Below, in pieces: positions 1-10,161 of a DNA stretch of 64,000 bases. The notes beneath the pieces are model-generated. The model did no database searches, was not told where the DNA came from, and worked only from the letters and a program-made list of their open reading frames with translations. A program made the translations under genes and the position numbers. How positions within the stretch are numbered: the stretch's first letter is position 1; every line of letters starts with the position of its first letter. This DNA comes from Octopus vulgaris (Eukaryota), in the NCBI GenBank assembly GCA_951406725.2, contig OX597815.1, positions 152,396,001 through 152,460,000 of the forward strand, read 5' to 3'.

Positions 1-637
1 AAGATACTTTGGATGGGCTGGGGCTGCTATGTGAAACTGGTGCAGGAAACAGCCATGTACTCATGTTATTTGTTGAGTCTTCACAGTTACAGCATATCTC
101 CAGAGATCTCAGTCTTTTGTCATTGCCCCTGTGAGGCCCAAGGTTCAAAGGTCATGCTTGACCACTTCATCTCATGTTTTTCTGGGTCTACCTCTACCCC
201 GGATTCCTTCAACTGTTTGGGATGGCACTTCTTCACACATCTCTCCTCATCCATCCATAGTTCATGACCATACCAGTGCAAACATCTCTTTTGCATGCCA
301 CATCCGATGCTTCTTATGTCAAGCATTTCTGTGAGGGCACTTACACTCTGTCGTGTGTGCACACTGACATTACACATCCAGCGGATCATGCTAGCTTCAT
401 TTCTTTCAAGCCTACGCATGTTTCCCTACCATGAAGCATGGCAGTTCACACACATGTGTCGTACAATCTACCTTTCTCTCTGAGTAAGAGACCCTTTGTC
501 ACCAGTAGGGGTAGAAGCTTTCTAAACTTTGCCTAGGCTGTTCGTATTTTAGTGGTGACACTCTCTGAGCATCCACCTTGACTACTAACTTGGTCACCTA
601 GGTAGCGGAAACTATCAACTACTTCTAGTTTCTCCCC
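1..637 (-). mobile_element. RTE-clade LINE 3' fragment (degenerate RT C-terminal region)
   Basis: The minus strand reads GEKLEVVDSFRYLGDQ...KFRKLLPLL and ERNEASMIRWMCNVS...RCLHWYGH..MDEERCVKKC, with stops and frameshifts. These motifs are typical of the RTE ORF C-terminus. Confidence 0.8.
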
Positions 638-638
638 C

Positions 639-678
<40 letters not shown>
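638..678. repeat. (TA)n microsatellite
   Basis: Read directly. It separates two oppositely oriented RTE fragments. Confidence 0.95.
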
Positions 679-679
<1 letters not shown>

Positions 680-1555
680 TAGACATAGTGTAAGTACCTT
701 GAGAGAGAAGTTGGACCTAAGAAGCATCAGTTGTGGTGTGCAAGAGAGACGTTTGCGCTGGTATGGCCATGTGGCGAGAATGGATGAAGATAGTTGTGTG
801 AAAAAGTGCCACACCCTAGCGGTTGAGGGAACCTGTGGAAGAGGCAGACCCAGGAAAACCTGGGATGAGGTGGTGAAGCACGACCTTCGAACTTTTGGTC
901 TCACCGAGGAAATGACTAGAGATCCGAGACCTTTGGAAGTATGCTGTGCGTGAGAAGACCCAGCAGGACAAGTGAGACCATAACCCATGGCCTCAGTCCA
1001 CTTATGCATACCTTTCCTTCTTGGGACACAAAACTCTACTTTTGAAGACCTGTTGAGGCAAGTGAAAATCAAAATCAAAAATCAAAATCGATCAACATGA
1101 ATGGAAATTGTAGCTGTGATACCAGTGCCGGTGGCACATAAGAGAACCATCCGAACGTGGCTGTTGCCAGCTCCACCCCGACTGGCTTCTGTGCCAGTGG
1201 CACATAAAAAGCATCATCCGATCATGGCCATTTGCCAGCCTCGCCTAGCCTCCGTGCCGGTGGCACGTAAAGAGCACCATCCGATCGTGGCTGTTTGCCA
1301 GCCTCGCCTGGCCTCCGTGTCGGTGGCACATAAAAAGCACCATCCGATCGTGGCCGTTTGCCAGCCTCGTCTGGCACGTAAAAAGCACCCACTACACTCA
1401 TGGAGTGGTTGGCGTTAGGAAGGGCATCCAGCCGTAGAAACATTGCCAGATCAGACTGGGCCTGGTGCAGCCTTCTGGCTTCCCAGACGCCAGTTGCACC
1501 ATCCAACCCATGCCAGCATGGAAAGCGGACACTAAACGATGATGATGATGATGAT
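680..1555 (+). mobile_element. RTE-clade LINE 3' end with 3' UTR and (GAT)n tail
   Basis: ORF 699-953 reads RRLRWYGHVARMDEDSCVKKC..VEGTCGRGRPRKTWDEVVKHDL. It is followed by a UTR with 63-bp repeats and ends in ccatgccagcatggaaagcggacactaaac(gat)n. Confidence 0.85.
1125..1390 (+). repeat. ~63-bp minisatellite (about 4 units) in the RTE 3' UTR
   Basis: The motif gtgccggtggcac(a/g)taaaaagcaccatccgatcgtggc..tgccagc recurs at ~1125, 1191, 1254 and 1317. Confidence 0.9.
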
Positions 1556-1843
1556 ATATATATGTATATCTGTAAATGTAATATGTGACAATTATTCGGT
1601 AGCCATGATAAAGCTCTGAGTTTCGGATGTCGCGGTGGAAATCCATGCCCCCATCTCTTCAGTTATCCATCCATCTGAAAAAATTCTCTGTAATTTTCTC
1701 GAAAAGTTTCTAAGAGTATAGTTCCTATGATGATATAGGTATGTTTTTCATAGAATAATCGATGTAGTAGGCAGAATCCTCAACTGATGTGGCGATTTTC
1801 CAAAATAAGCTGTATTAGCCCTTAGGGAATAATAGCAGTGTAC

Positions 1844-1874
<31 letters not shown>

Positions 1875-1906
1875 TGTATGTGTATATATATATATATATA
1901 TATATA

Positions 1907-2326
1907 CTAACAGTATCACCCGGCGTTGCTCGGGTTTGTAAGGGAAATAACTATATAAGCATTTTTAGAGAGTTATAGCCAAAAAATAGCAAAAAAATGC
2001 ATTAAAAATGGAAAAAAATGATGCAAATTTTTTTTAAATCGTTGACTCATCGTAGACATTTTTAGAGAGTTACTTCCCTTATATAATAGCGAAAAAAATG
2101 CATTAAAATGGAAAAAATTATGGTAATTTTTTTTTTTAATCGTAGACTCATCGTAGACTCATTGTAGACTCATCGTAGACGCGCGCTAATACCCAGAAGG
2201 GCTTGATATGAATCACGACTATAAGATACCCGGTTTTGGTTAAACTGCACCGCAAAATGTGGGAGTAGTTAGGAATCTAAATCGTAGGAGACAGACAGCA
2301 CACAACCTCACTTTTATATATAAAGA
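1907..2326 (-). mobile_element. Non-autonomous Helitron, family A, copy 1
   Basis: On the minus strand it starts TC(tttatatataaaag), has a subterminal hairpin cccgagcaacgccggg and ends TTAG. It sits at an A|T site. It is homologous to 43177-43690. Confidence 0.75.
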
Positions 2327-2466
2327 TATATATTACGGAGTTGTACTCGCATAGCAAGTAATTTGATCTGAGATCGTGTGCTGAAACGAAAACAATTGCA
2401 GTGTGGAAGGTGTTTATAAGCCATTTAAGAAACACTCAAAAGCCGTTCGATTCACTTTAAGTTTAA

Positions 2467-2516
2467 TTTGTCAAAATATTTTCGTCGCTAAAATCCGCAA
2501 CGTGTTCACTGACAAA
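2467..2516 (-). ncRNA. Mirror copy of the putative G3/C8 hammerhead ribozyme
   Basis: The reverse complement reads tttgtca-gtgaaca-c-gttgc-ggatttta-gcgac-gaaa-atattt-tgacaaa. Stem II has one G.U pair. Confidence 0.55.
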
Positions 2517-2532
2517 GGATGCAGCACGGATT

Positions 2533-2582
2533 TTTGTCAGTGAACACGTCGCGGATTTTAGCGACGAAAATATTTTGACAAA
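2533..2582 (+). ncRNA. Putative minimal type I hammerhead ribozyme, G3/C8 core variant
   Basis: Stem I is TTTGTCA/TGACAAA, the core is GTGAACA (2540-2546), stem II is GTCGC/GCGAC, then GAAA (2566-2569) and a palindromic stem III AATATT followed by T. Confidence 0.6.
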
Positions 2583-2659
2583 TTAAACTTAAATGTTGAA
2601 GTGAATCGAACGGCTTTTGTGTGTTTCTTAAATGGCTTATAAACACCTTCCATGCTGCA

Positions 2660-2664
<5 letters not shown>

Positions 2665-2723
<59 letters not shown>

Positions 2724-2736
2724 CATATATATATAA
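2665..2736. repeat. (TA)n microsatellite
   Basis: Read directly. Confidence 0.95.
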
Positions 2737-2764
2737 TTTAGGAAATTTCTTGTTACAGCTATAA

Positions 2765-3065
2765 TATTTAGAAAAAGAATTTTTCAAAAATTATGATTAA
2801 GAAAAGAACTTCTTAGAGAGTATAATGGTACTAACCTTTAGGAAGAAATTTAAGAAATTGTGTGTAGGCTCTAATAAATGTGCAAGCACTTTCATACAAC
2901 AGCCATAACATGTGCTGGATGACATTGAAAACTGAAAGCATTTATACATTTATTAAAGCCTACACACAATTTGTGAAATTCCTTCCTAAAGATTCACACC
3001 ATTCTACTCTGTAAGAAGTTTTCTTTCTTAATCTTAACATTTTCAGAAACTTTGTCTCGAAATAT
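2765..3065. repeat. Diverged inverted repeat (MITE or foldback-like)
   Basis: ctttaggaagaaatttaagaaattgtgtgtaggctctaataaatgt (~2836-2881) pairs with acatttattaaagcctacacacaatttgtgaaattccttcctaaag (~2946-2991). Pairing continues outward (aacttctta/taagaagtt, attaagaaa/tttcttaat). Confidence 0.75.
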
Positions 3066-3071
3066 ATATAT

Positions 3072-3165
3072 AGGTATGGGAGTGGGTTCAGTCCAACTGC
3101 ATGGCACCTTGGGCAAGTGTCTTCTACTATAGCCTTGGATGGAACAAAGCCCTGAGTAGATTTGA
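3072..3165 (+). mobile_element. Truncated tRNA-derived SINE head
   Basis: gggttcagtcc..ctgcatggcaccttgggcaagtgtcttctactatagcc matches the SINE at 3215. Confidence 0.75.
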
Positions 3166-3214
3166 AACAAGTATAAGAATATAGGATGCAGTGTAAATTA
3201 TGAGAATATACATA

Positions 3215-3599
3215 GGCATAGGAGTGGCTGTGTGGTAAGTAACTTGCTTACCAACCATATGGTTCCGGGTTCAGTCCCACTGCATGGCACCTTGGGCAAG
3301 TGTCTTCTACTATAGCCTTAGGCCAACCAAAGCCCTGTGAGTGGATTTGGTAGATGGAAACTGAAAGAAGCTTGTCGCATATATGTCTATATGTTTGTGT
3401 GTCTGAGTTTGTCCCCCCAACATCGCTTGACAACCAATGCTGTTGTGTTTACGTTCTCATAACTTAGCGGTTCGGCAAAAGAGACCAATAGAATAAGTAC
3501 TAGGCTTACAAAAAATACGTCCTAGGGTCGATTTGCTCGACTAAAGGTGGTGCTCCAGCATGGCCACAGTCAAATGACTGAAACAAGTAAAAGAGTAAA
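3215..3599 (+). mobile_element. tRNA-derived SINE, near full length, CORE-like central motif
   Basis: It has an A box tggctgtgtgg (~3225), a B box ggttcagtcc (~3268), a CORE-like caccttgggcaagt and a taaaagagtaaa tail. An inverted copy lies at 16592-16957. Confidence 0.85.
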
Positions 3600-3806
3600 T
3601 CTATAAATGAGATGGAATGGTCCGCTAAACTGTCCCAGCCTGTGATATGGGAATTACAATGTTAATAATAACCAAATACAAATGACAATGGTCTGTTCTG
3701 ATGTTTTCTATGTCAAATAGGTAGACATAATAATAAACATGTATTCTAATTACAAAGCAAGTTGATTAAATAAATTATCAAAATTTTAATTTTTCTATTT
3801 TTTCAG

Positions 3807-3944
3807 AACCAACAGTGTGCTTATTGGGATGAATCCTCTGATCAGAAACCCCGTTGGTCAACAAATGGCTGTAAAACATCTACCTATGTGCCTGGAGAGA
3901 AAGTAGTTTGTTCCTGTAACCACCTTACAAGTTTTACTCTACTG
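3807..3944 (+). CDS. Adhesion GPCR exon: GPS autoproteolysis motif
   Basis: The acceptor is ttttttcag| and the donor is ctg|gttggt (phase 0). It reads NQQCAYWDESSDQKPRWSTNGCKTSTYVPGEKVVCSCNHLTSFTLL, the canonical C-x-x-W..W...GC..C-x-C-x-HL|TSF motif. Confidence 0.95.
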
Positions 3945-4660
3945 GTTGGTAACAATATGACAAGTCATAATTACCAGTAATTTAGCAGTTACCTTTATGT
4001 ATCAATGATTTTAAAGAGTTGTATATACTAACACACCTACTGGACTTTGTGTTGGTTGGTATTATAGAAATATTAATAGGGATTATTGCATTGTTATCCT
4101 TAAATTTTTGATTGAAATGAGACTTGCATTTGTGATTTTTAGATATATGAGATTACAATATTTAAAAATTGATTATAGGGGGATAAGAGAATTTTGCTTT
4201 TTTGTTTTTTTGATAATATATCAAGAGTTTTAATTTCATTAGGGTTGATAAATGGTAAGACAGCACTGTTCTTGTTGCTATTTCTGTTATTAGTTTGAAT
4301 TCAGGATGGTACCTTTTAGAGGTATCAAACTACCGTTTTCAATGAAATGCATAGGAATTCCTCCAGCATTGATATGAATTGGAGGGAGGCAGAATCATTT
4401 CTCCTGGTTTTGAAATTTATTGTGTTGTCTAACTAACAGAGTCATATTTAAGGTATAACAAACCTCCATAGCACATTAAACATGATCGTTGATCAGATGT
4501 TAAACCCTTGGCCTCTTCGTGATTCCTCTCCATTCATTGGATTTCTCTGCCTGAGACTTTCATGTCAATCCAAAACCTGTACAAAGTTATATCTTCATTG
4601 AATTTAAGCTAAAAATCTATGGATTGGTGGTACATTCTGCCTCTACTTAGATGTCTTATA

Positions 4661-5521
4661 TATCAGGTTGAGTAAAAAGTAAGCAATGTTTTAAAACATA
4701 AAACTCATCACAATATATTTCAAGAATGAGGAAATTTTGTTCATCAAAATAAGTACCATTCAAATCAACACATTTTTGTCAACGAGTTACAAGTTTGTTT
4801 CTTCTGCTAACATAAAAATCTGGAGTTCTGGAGCTAATGAACTCTTTGAATGCACTTTCGGCATTGGTTTGATTTTTGAACTCCTTCTCTCGCAGGAAAC
4901 CATCAAGGTGCTTAAAAAAGTGGTAGTCTGCAGGAGAAAAATCTGGGGAATAAGCTGGGTGGGGAAGAACTTTGTAGCCAAGTTCCCTCAACTTCTGGAG
5001 AATTGTCAGTGAAACATGAGGTCAAGCATTGTCATGAAGAATGATTGGCCTGTTTCTGTTGACCAATCTGTGATGAAGGCATTGCAGTTTTTCATTTTGG
5101 CAATTTCGTGGCAATATGTTTCTGCAGTAATGGTTTTGCTGGGTTTTAAGAAGTTATAGTGGATGAGTCCAGCAGTACACCACCAAACAATCACCATTAC
5201 CTTCTTTTTGAAGAGCTTGGGTTTAGAGAAGGTTTCTGGTGCTTCATTTTGCTCCAGCAACTGCAAAGAACATTTTTTCATCCGCTGTACGTCCTTTGTT
5301 GAAGTTGAATAGCAAAATTGCTCGAATATCACTCTTTGACAGTTCCATTTCAGATGATTGTAACAACATTGAAAAAAATATCAATGTTAATTTATTGATG
5401 CATTTGGGCAAGTCTATGTCTCTATTATCAGACAATTGCAAGAAAATTTTTCAAAAAATTCAAAACTCTGCCAAAATCCGGTACAAATTCTTCATGGTTC
5501 AACTTTTTATTCAACCTGATA
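4661..5521 (-). mobile_element. Mariner (Tc1/mariner, DD34D-type) transposon, internally deleted, defective transposase
   Basis: TIRs tatcaggttgagtaaaaagt / actttttattcaacctgata are flanked by TA on both sides. The minus strand has MELSKSDIRAILLFNF, KKVMVIVWW, LHDNA and HPAYSPDFSPADYHFF spread over several frames. Confidence 0.92.
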
Positions 5522-5725
5522 TACATTATGAAGGCAGTGAAAATTCATATTAGAGTTGTGTAAGACATAATAGAAGAAAGCCCAATAATACATTGTTTCG
5601 AATGCAGTTTACTGTAGTCCTCGTTTTCTACATCAATGCTATATCCACTTATGATTTATATTGATTGACACAGATGAAATGAAGTGGAGGGTGAGTTAAT
5701 ATGTTGTCGTTTGTGTCTGTTTCAG

Positions 5726-5823
5726 GATGCCCCCGAGCAACACTTATTTGTTTTGTCTCACATTAGCTGTGGAATATCATTAGTCTTACACATTCTTACA
5801 GCAATCTTTTATGGTTATATCAA
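5726..5823 (+). CDS. Adhesion GPCR exon: stalk end and TM1
   Basis: tgtttcag| then DAPEQHLFVLSHISCGISLVLHILTAIFYGYI(K) then |gtaagc. Phase 0 in, phase 2 out. Confidence 0.9.
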
Positions 5824-6162
5824 GTAAGCATTTCAATTTCTATTTTCTTTTAAAAACTGTTTAAATACTGAGAGACAGCATCCATCACTTTGTCGGGTTC
5901 TCACAGGCTGGTAAGATCAATGTGGGTTTGATGTCTACAGGAAAAACCATGAATGAACAGACAATTTCGAAAAGTTGTCACTCTGATGAGGATTGACTGG
6001 ACAAAAACTGTAGTGTAGATTTTTTGAGTGACTCACAATAAGGATGACATAAAAAAGAGATAGGTTTAGGGATGAGGGAAGTCTATCATGTGTGTTTAGT
6101 CTATAGCTTGTTAATTCAGAAAATTACAGACCAATAAAGTAGTGACAGTAATGACTCTGTCT

Positions 6163-6257
<95 letters not shown>
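6163..6257. repeat. Compound trinucleotide microsatellite (CTA)n(CTG)n(CTA)n
   Basis: Read directly. Confidence 0.95.
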
Positions 6258-6567
6258 GTATTGATATTTACTATTTTTATGCAGTATAATGGTAAGCAAG
6301 TTGCTATAGTGTGTTGGTGAGTTAAGCTTGATACCATTCTTCCAGATCAACTTCTTTTGAGTGTGGTCTACAATATATGTGTGTGTGTGTGTAGATAGAG
6401 GCAACACCCTTGCATAGATGTGAGCAGTACTCTATTTTGGAACTGACTTGAGATTTGTAGAATGTCAGCATTTGCTTAAAGTTAGTCAGTATCACCTGAC
6501 CCTAAACAGTAATCTAAGTCTTCCTGACATATTGTTAGCAATGGTCTATACATACATACATACATAC

Positions 6568-7675
6568 ATTGTGGCTGCCTCCTTGTTATCGAGTATGGCC
6601 ATTGCATGAAGCTTAACTGTTACTGGTGCTGTGATCGAATGTGACTTTTTAGCCCAGCTAAAGATCTACAATGTCTTGTACAAAATTGGCAACTAAAACC
6701 TTCACTGGTAATAGCTGGCTGTAGTTGTAACTGGGCTTCATGTACCTTTGCATGTCGTTTAAGTCCTCCCGCCGAATTACACTCTCTTCCACATGCCCGA
6801 CAGACATGATTAGTATGGTGTGTTACACCACCACCAGTGACCAGGTTGTCACTCATCTGTCTCGTTTTATAACTATGAAGATGACTCTTGAGTTCAGCTT
6901 CACTGAGGAAGGGTCTTGCACAGACATTGCATGTCAGCATCAAAGGAAGACCCTTCCCTTCTGGAAGTGTAACAGCGATGCCCTTCCTGACATCCCTCCT
7001 TACTTTCTCATGTGCAACTCGTGATTTCTCAAAAGTGGCTGTCCCCTCATGCACAATCCTTCTCCACCTGCTATCATCAATAGCTATGCCTTCCCATGTG
7101 TCAGGAGAGATGTAAGCATCTCTTAAGGAAGCCTTTAGCAAGTCCTTATACCTCTTTTTTGGTTTATGTGGAGGTCGTTCTCCTTTAGCTAATTCTCCCT
7201 AAAAGAGTTGTTTTGGCATCCTTGAATCCTTCATTCTGACCAGATGACCACTCCATCTGAGCCTTTGCTTTAACACAAGAGCTTCTATACTTTCACACCG
7301 AGAGCCTTCCAATATTTCAAGATCACGGATGCGGTCCTTCCACTTAATGCTATAGATCCATCTGAGGCACATCTGATGGAAACATTTCAGTTGTTTAAGG
7401 TGGTATCGATATGTAACCCACGTCTCGCAGGCATAGAGAAGAGAAGGGAGCACACATGCCTTGTACACCTTTATCTTTGTCTTTCTGCATATGTCTCATC
7501 AACTCCAGAGGCGCTTTTCTAGCCTTCTGAAAGCAGCACTTGCTTTCCTAATTCTATATGGAATTTCATCATCCAAATCGCCATATCTATATATAGTGCT
7601 TCCCAGGTAGACAAACTGATCAACTACATCAAGTCGTTTACCATACACATAGATATTTGGTACACTATACTGCTT
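6568..7675 (-). mobile_element. RTE/BovB-like LINE 3' fragment with C-terminal C2H2 zinc fingers
   Basis: Motifs include VVDQFVYLGSTI, YKACVLPSLLYACETW, RLRWSGHLVRMKDSRMPKQLF and C-x2-C-x12-H-x3/4-H in ORF 6620-7141. There are in-frame stops. It is flanked by (CATA)n. Confidence 0.9.
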
Positions 7676-7679
7676 ACAT

Positions 7680-7930
7680 ACATACCTATAATTATTGGGA
7701 CCTTGGGATATGTAACACACTGCCTAAATACCAATCTTAAGAAATTAGGCTGCTCAAAACCAGAAAGAAGAAAACTAATATGTGGACAACGGATCCAATC
7801 CATCAGTGGAACTGTAAAAATCTGTAAAACTTTACAAAACTTTATCATTTAAATATATACGAGCATGTCTAGAGATGCAACTATATGCATGAAAATGCAT
7901 ACATGAAGCAAAACATACAAATTTACATCA
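7680..7930 (+). mobile_element. 3' end of a restriction-like-endonuclease (R2/R4/NeSL-type) non-LTR retrotransposon
   Basis: It reads IPIIIGTLGYVTHCLNTNLKKLGCSKPERRKLI...IQSISGTVKICKTLQNF*. This is homologous to the C-terminus of ORF 17218-17949. Confidence 0.7.
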
Positions 7931-7934
7931 CCAG

Positions 7935-9080
7935 TCTGGAACCCCTATCTTGCTAAGGACATTGACTTCCTGGAAACTGTTCAGAGACGTGGAACCAAGT
8001 AAATACCTTCCATCAGGTATCTACCATATTCTGTATACCTTACTTCTAGTTAGTGTACTACTAACTGCCAACAATGTCCCATTCTTCGTCGTCTTCTTTT
8101 TTGTTTCTCCCTTGTGCTACAGGAGGGTGTAGTTCCTCCGCTTTATCTGGAGGATCTTCCCTCCCTCCTGTAGTCTTGGGGTCCTTCGGTGGGCAACCAT
8201 TGCTGCCCACCTTCTTCCTTTTTTTCCTTATTTCGAGGAGGTCTCCACCTCCTCGAATGCCTCCACCTCTCCCTCCAAAGGAGGAGGGAGTGCTACTTTT
8301 ATTAACTACTCCAGGACCTTACTTTGGTCCTGGGGGCAGTTCTTAATATGGCCTAATTCCAGGTACAAGTGACATTGGGGGTGGGGCGTCCCACAAGTAT
8401 CATTGGGTACCTGCAACCGGCCATTTTCAAAAGATCTGGAAATACCAGATCTTTAGCATCTGATCAGGTCCATAGGGTCAAAAGCGGTTTTAACCCCACC
8501 CAGTCAGCTGCTGGCAACAATTTCACATTTAAAAACTTTGGCCTGCTGCCAGCAGATCTGCTGCCAGACTCCAGCAGATAGTGTCCTCTATCCATTCCAG
8601 GTCAATGCCCAGTAGCAGCCCACAGACCCAAGCTCTTGTTAATTTTTTCCCTCAATATGTGGGAAGAAACAGAATCTTTTGCCCTTCTAAGGGCTGGTTC
8701 GCAAATTTGCCAGCCACCTCAGGGGTGTCAAATAGCAACCACACCGTTGCATATCTAACACCCCTGGAAATAAACTTAATAGTTGGCAGATGTTCTGACA
8801 ACTCTTTTTCTATTTCTCTCTTCGGTGGTCCTCAACACCACCATTCTTTCCTCTAAGTCTTTTAACCATTGCTTGGGTGGAATGATTTCCCACTCCAACA
8901 CAGTGTTCATTTTCTTCGCCATGCTTTGAAGAAAAAGTTCAGGAAACATTTCAAAACACAGCAACACACAATTCCGACCAACTGGTACTCCCGGCCAACA
9001 GGTTGTCCAAAAGTGAACAGGGACACAGCAGCAGGAACATAGCTTCAAAACAATCGCCACAAATTGGTAAAAATTCAGAA
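7935..9080 (-). mobile_element. Degenerate LINE ORF1-like (L1/Tx1-type) 5' fragment
   Basis: An interrupted, higher-GC coding remnant (MAKKMNTVLEWEII...FISRGVRYATVWLLFDTPEVAGKFANQPL...) is followed by a G/K/E-rich low-complexity tract. The family assignment is inferred. Confidence 0.45.
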
Positions 9081-9433
9081 ATTTTTCCAAAAAAATTTCA
9101 CAATTTTTGGAGGTGGGATATGCCCCCAAAACAACACAATTAAGTGAGACAGTGCAACTATAGGCAGACAAATGCCCTGGAATGCAAAAACTTCTATTAA
9201 AAAGTAATAATCGATATTAGTCAATTGTTGTTGATCAATATTTCTCCATTTTCTGCTGAATTTAAATTTAATTCCTGATAAACTCATGTTTATTTTTGTC
9301 ATTGCTTGTATCCTATAAGCATAATATGTTTGCATATGTATGCCCAGGGTTAACATAGGTAATTTATACCTGTAGTTAAATGGATATTCTTATCCCTTAG
9401 ACGTTTATTCCAACCGCTAACACAAATAACCTA

Positions 9434-9474
<41 letters not shown>

Positions 9475-9864
9475 AACAAAATACAGAAGGGTATTAAAAT
9501 ACCACTTGCATAACAGAGATATCTCTCTGAAACCACAATTTACTCACTATAAAACTATGCATGGTGGATGTGATAAACATAACAGAAATAGGCTTACCTT
9601 GCATTGAATACAAAAGTAATGTATATTCCAGGATCAATTAATCTCACTTTCTGTATGTAAAACATACTTAAGCTCATCAGCTGGACCTAACACTATGGCA
9701 TCTATTTCTGAAATATTCATCACATTACACGTCATTCAAAAATGAACCTAACATGACCTAGTAATATATAAATTTAAGTATCATTAATATTACTTATAAT
9801 AATAATGATAATAATAGAGTGGCTAGCAAGTTTAGACCTTTATAGGTTATTAATATTATATTAC

Positions 9865-9995
9865 TTAATTTATTGACCCCGAAAGGATGAAAGGCAAAGT
9901 CATCCTCAGCAGAATTTGAACTCAAGTATGTAAACAGACGAAATACTGCTAAGTATTTCGTCCGGTGTGCTAACATTTCTGCCAGCTTGCCACTT
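9865..9995 (-). mobile_element. tRNA-derived SINE (second family)
   Basis: The minus strand reads ggcaagctggcagaaatgttagcacaccggacgaaatacttag...gagttcaaattctgctgagg..ctttgcctttcatcctttcggggtc. Related fragments lie near 10780-10950, 12500-12580, 12930-13070 and 13500-13560. Confidence 0.75.
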
Positions 9996-10036
9996 TTGTG
10001 TGTGTGTATATCATTATTTCTTTTTCTGTTATTCAG

Positions 10037-10161
10037 AGAACTGCGGAAATGTTTGTCTTCAAAGATTTTGATATGCCAGTGCATTTCTTTAAGTGTTGTT
10101 AATATCATCTTCCTCATTCGGGATGCACCCTTATGCCTTAAAAATAACAACTGCTTGTAAG
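10037..10161 (+). CDS. Adhesion GPCR exon: ICL1-TM2-ECL1, with a +1 frameshift near 10117-10120
   Basis: ttattcag| then ELRKCLSSKILICQCISLSVVNIIFLI, then in the shifted frame GMHPYALKITTACK, then |gtaagt. The unshifted frame hits TAA at 10158-10160. Confidence 0.85.

Larger units (their letters stand above)
2392..2664. repeat. Long near-perfect inverted repeat (arms 2392-2516 and 2533-2664, 16-nt spacer); probably Penelope-like element termini
   Basis: acaattgcagtgtggaaggtgtttataagccatttaagaaacac... is the reverse complement of ...gtgtttcttaaatggcttataaacaccttccatgctgcaattgt. It abuts (TA)n. Confidence 0.9.

Noticed and set aside
1125-1390. Regularly spaced palindromic repeats resembling a CRISPR array
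   Set aside because: The whole 63-bp unit repeats, so there are no unique spacers. The context is a eukaryotic LINE UTR and there are no cas genes.
3215-3290. tRNA gene
   Set aside because: A and B boxes are present, but there is no convincing cloverleaf and the sequence continues into a SINE body found elsewhere in the window.
6620-7141. Host C2H2 zinc-finger gene
   Set aside because: It is contiguous and collinear with stop-containing RTE reverse-transcriptase C-terminal motifs, so it is part of the LINE.
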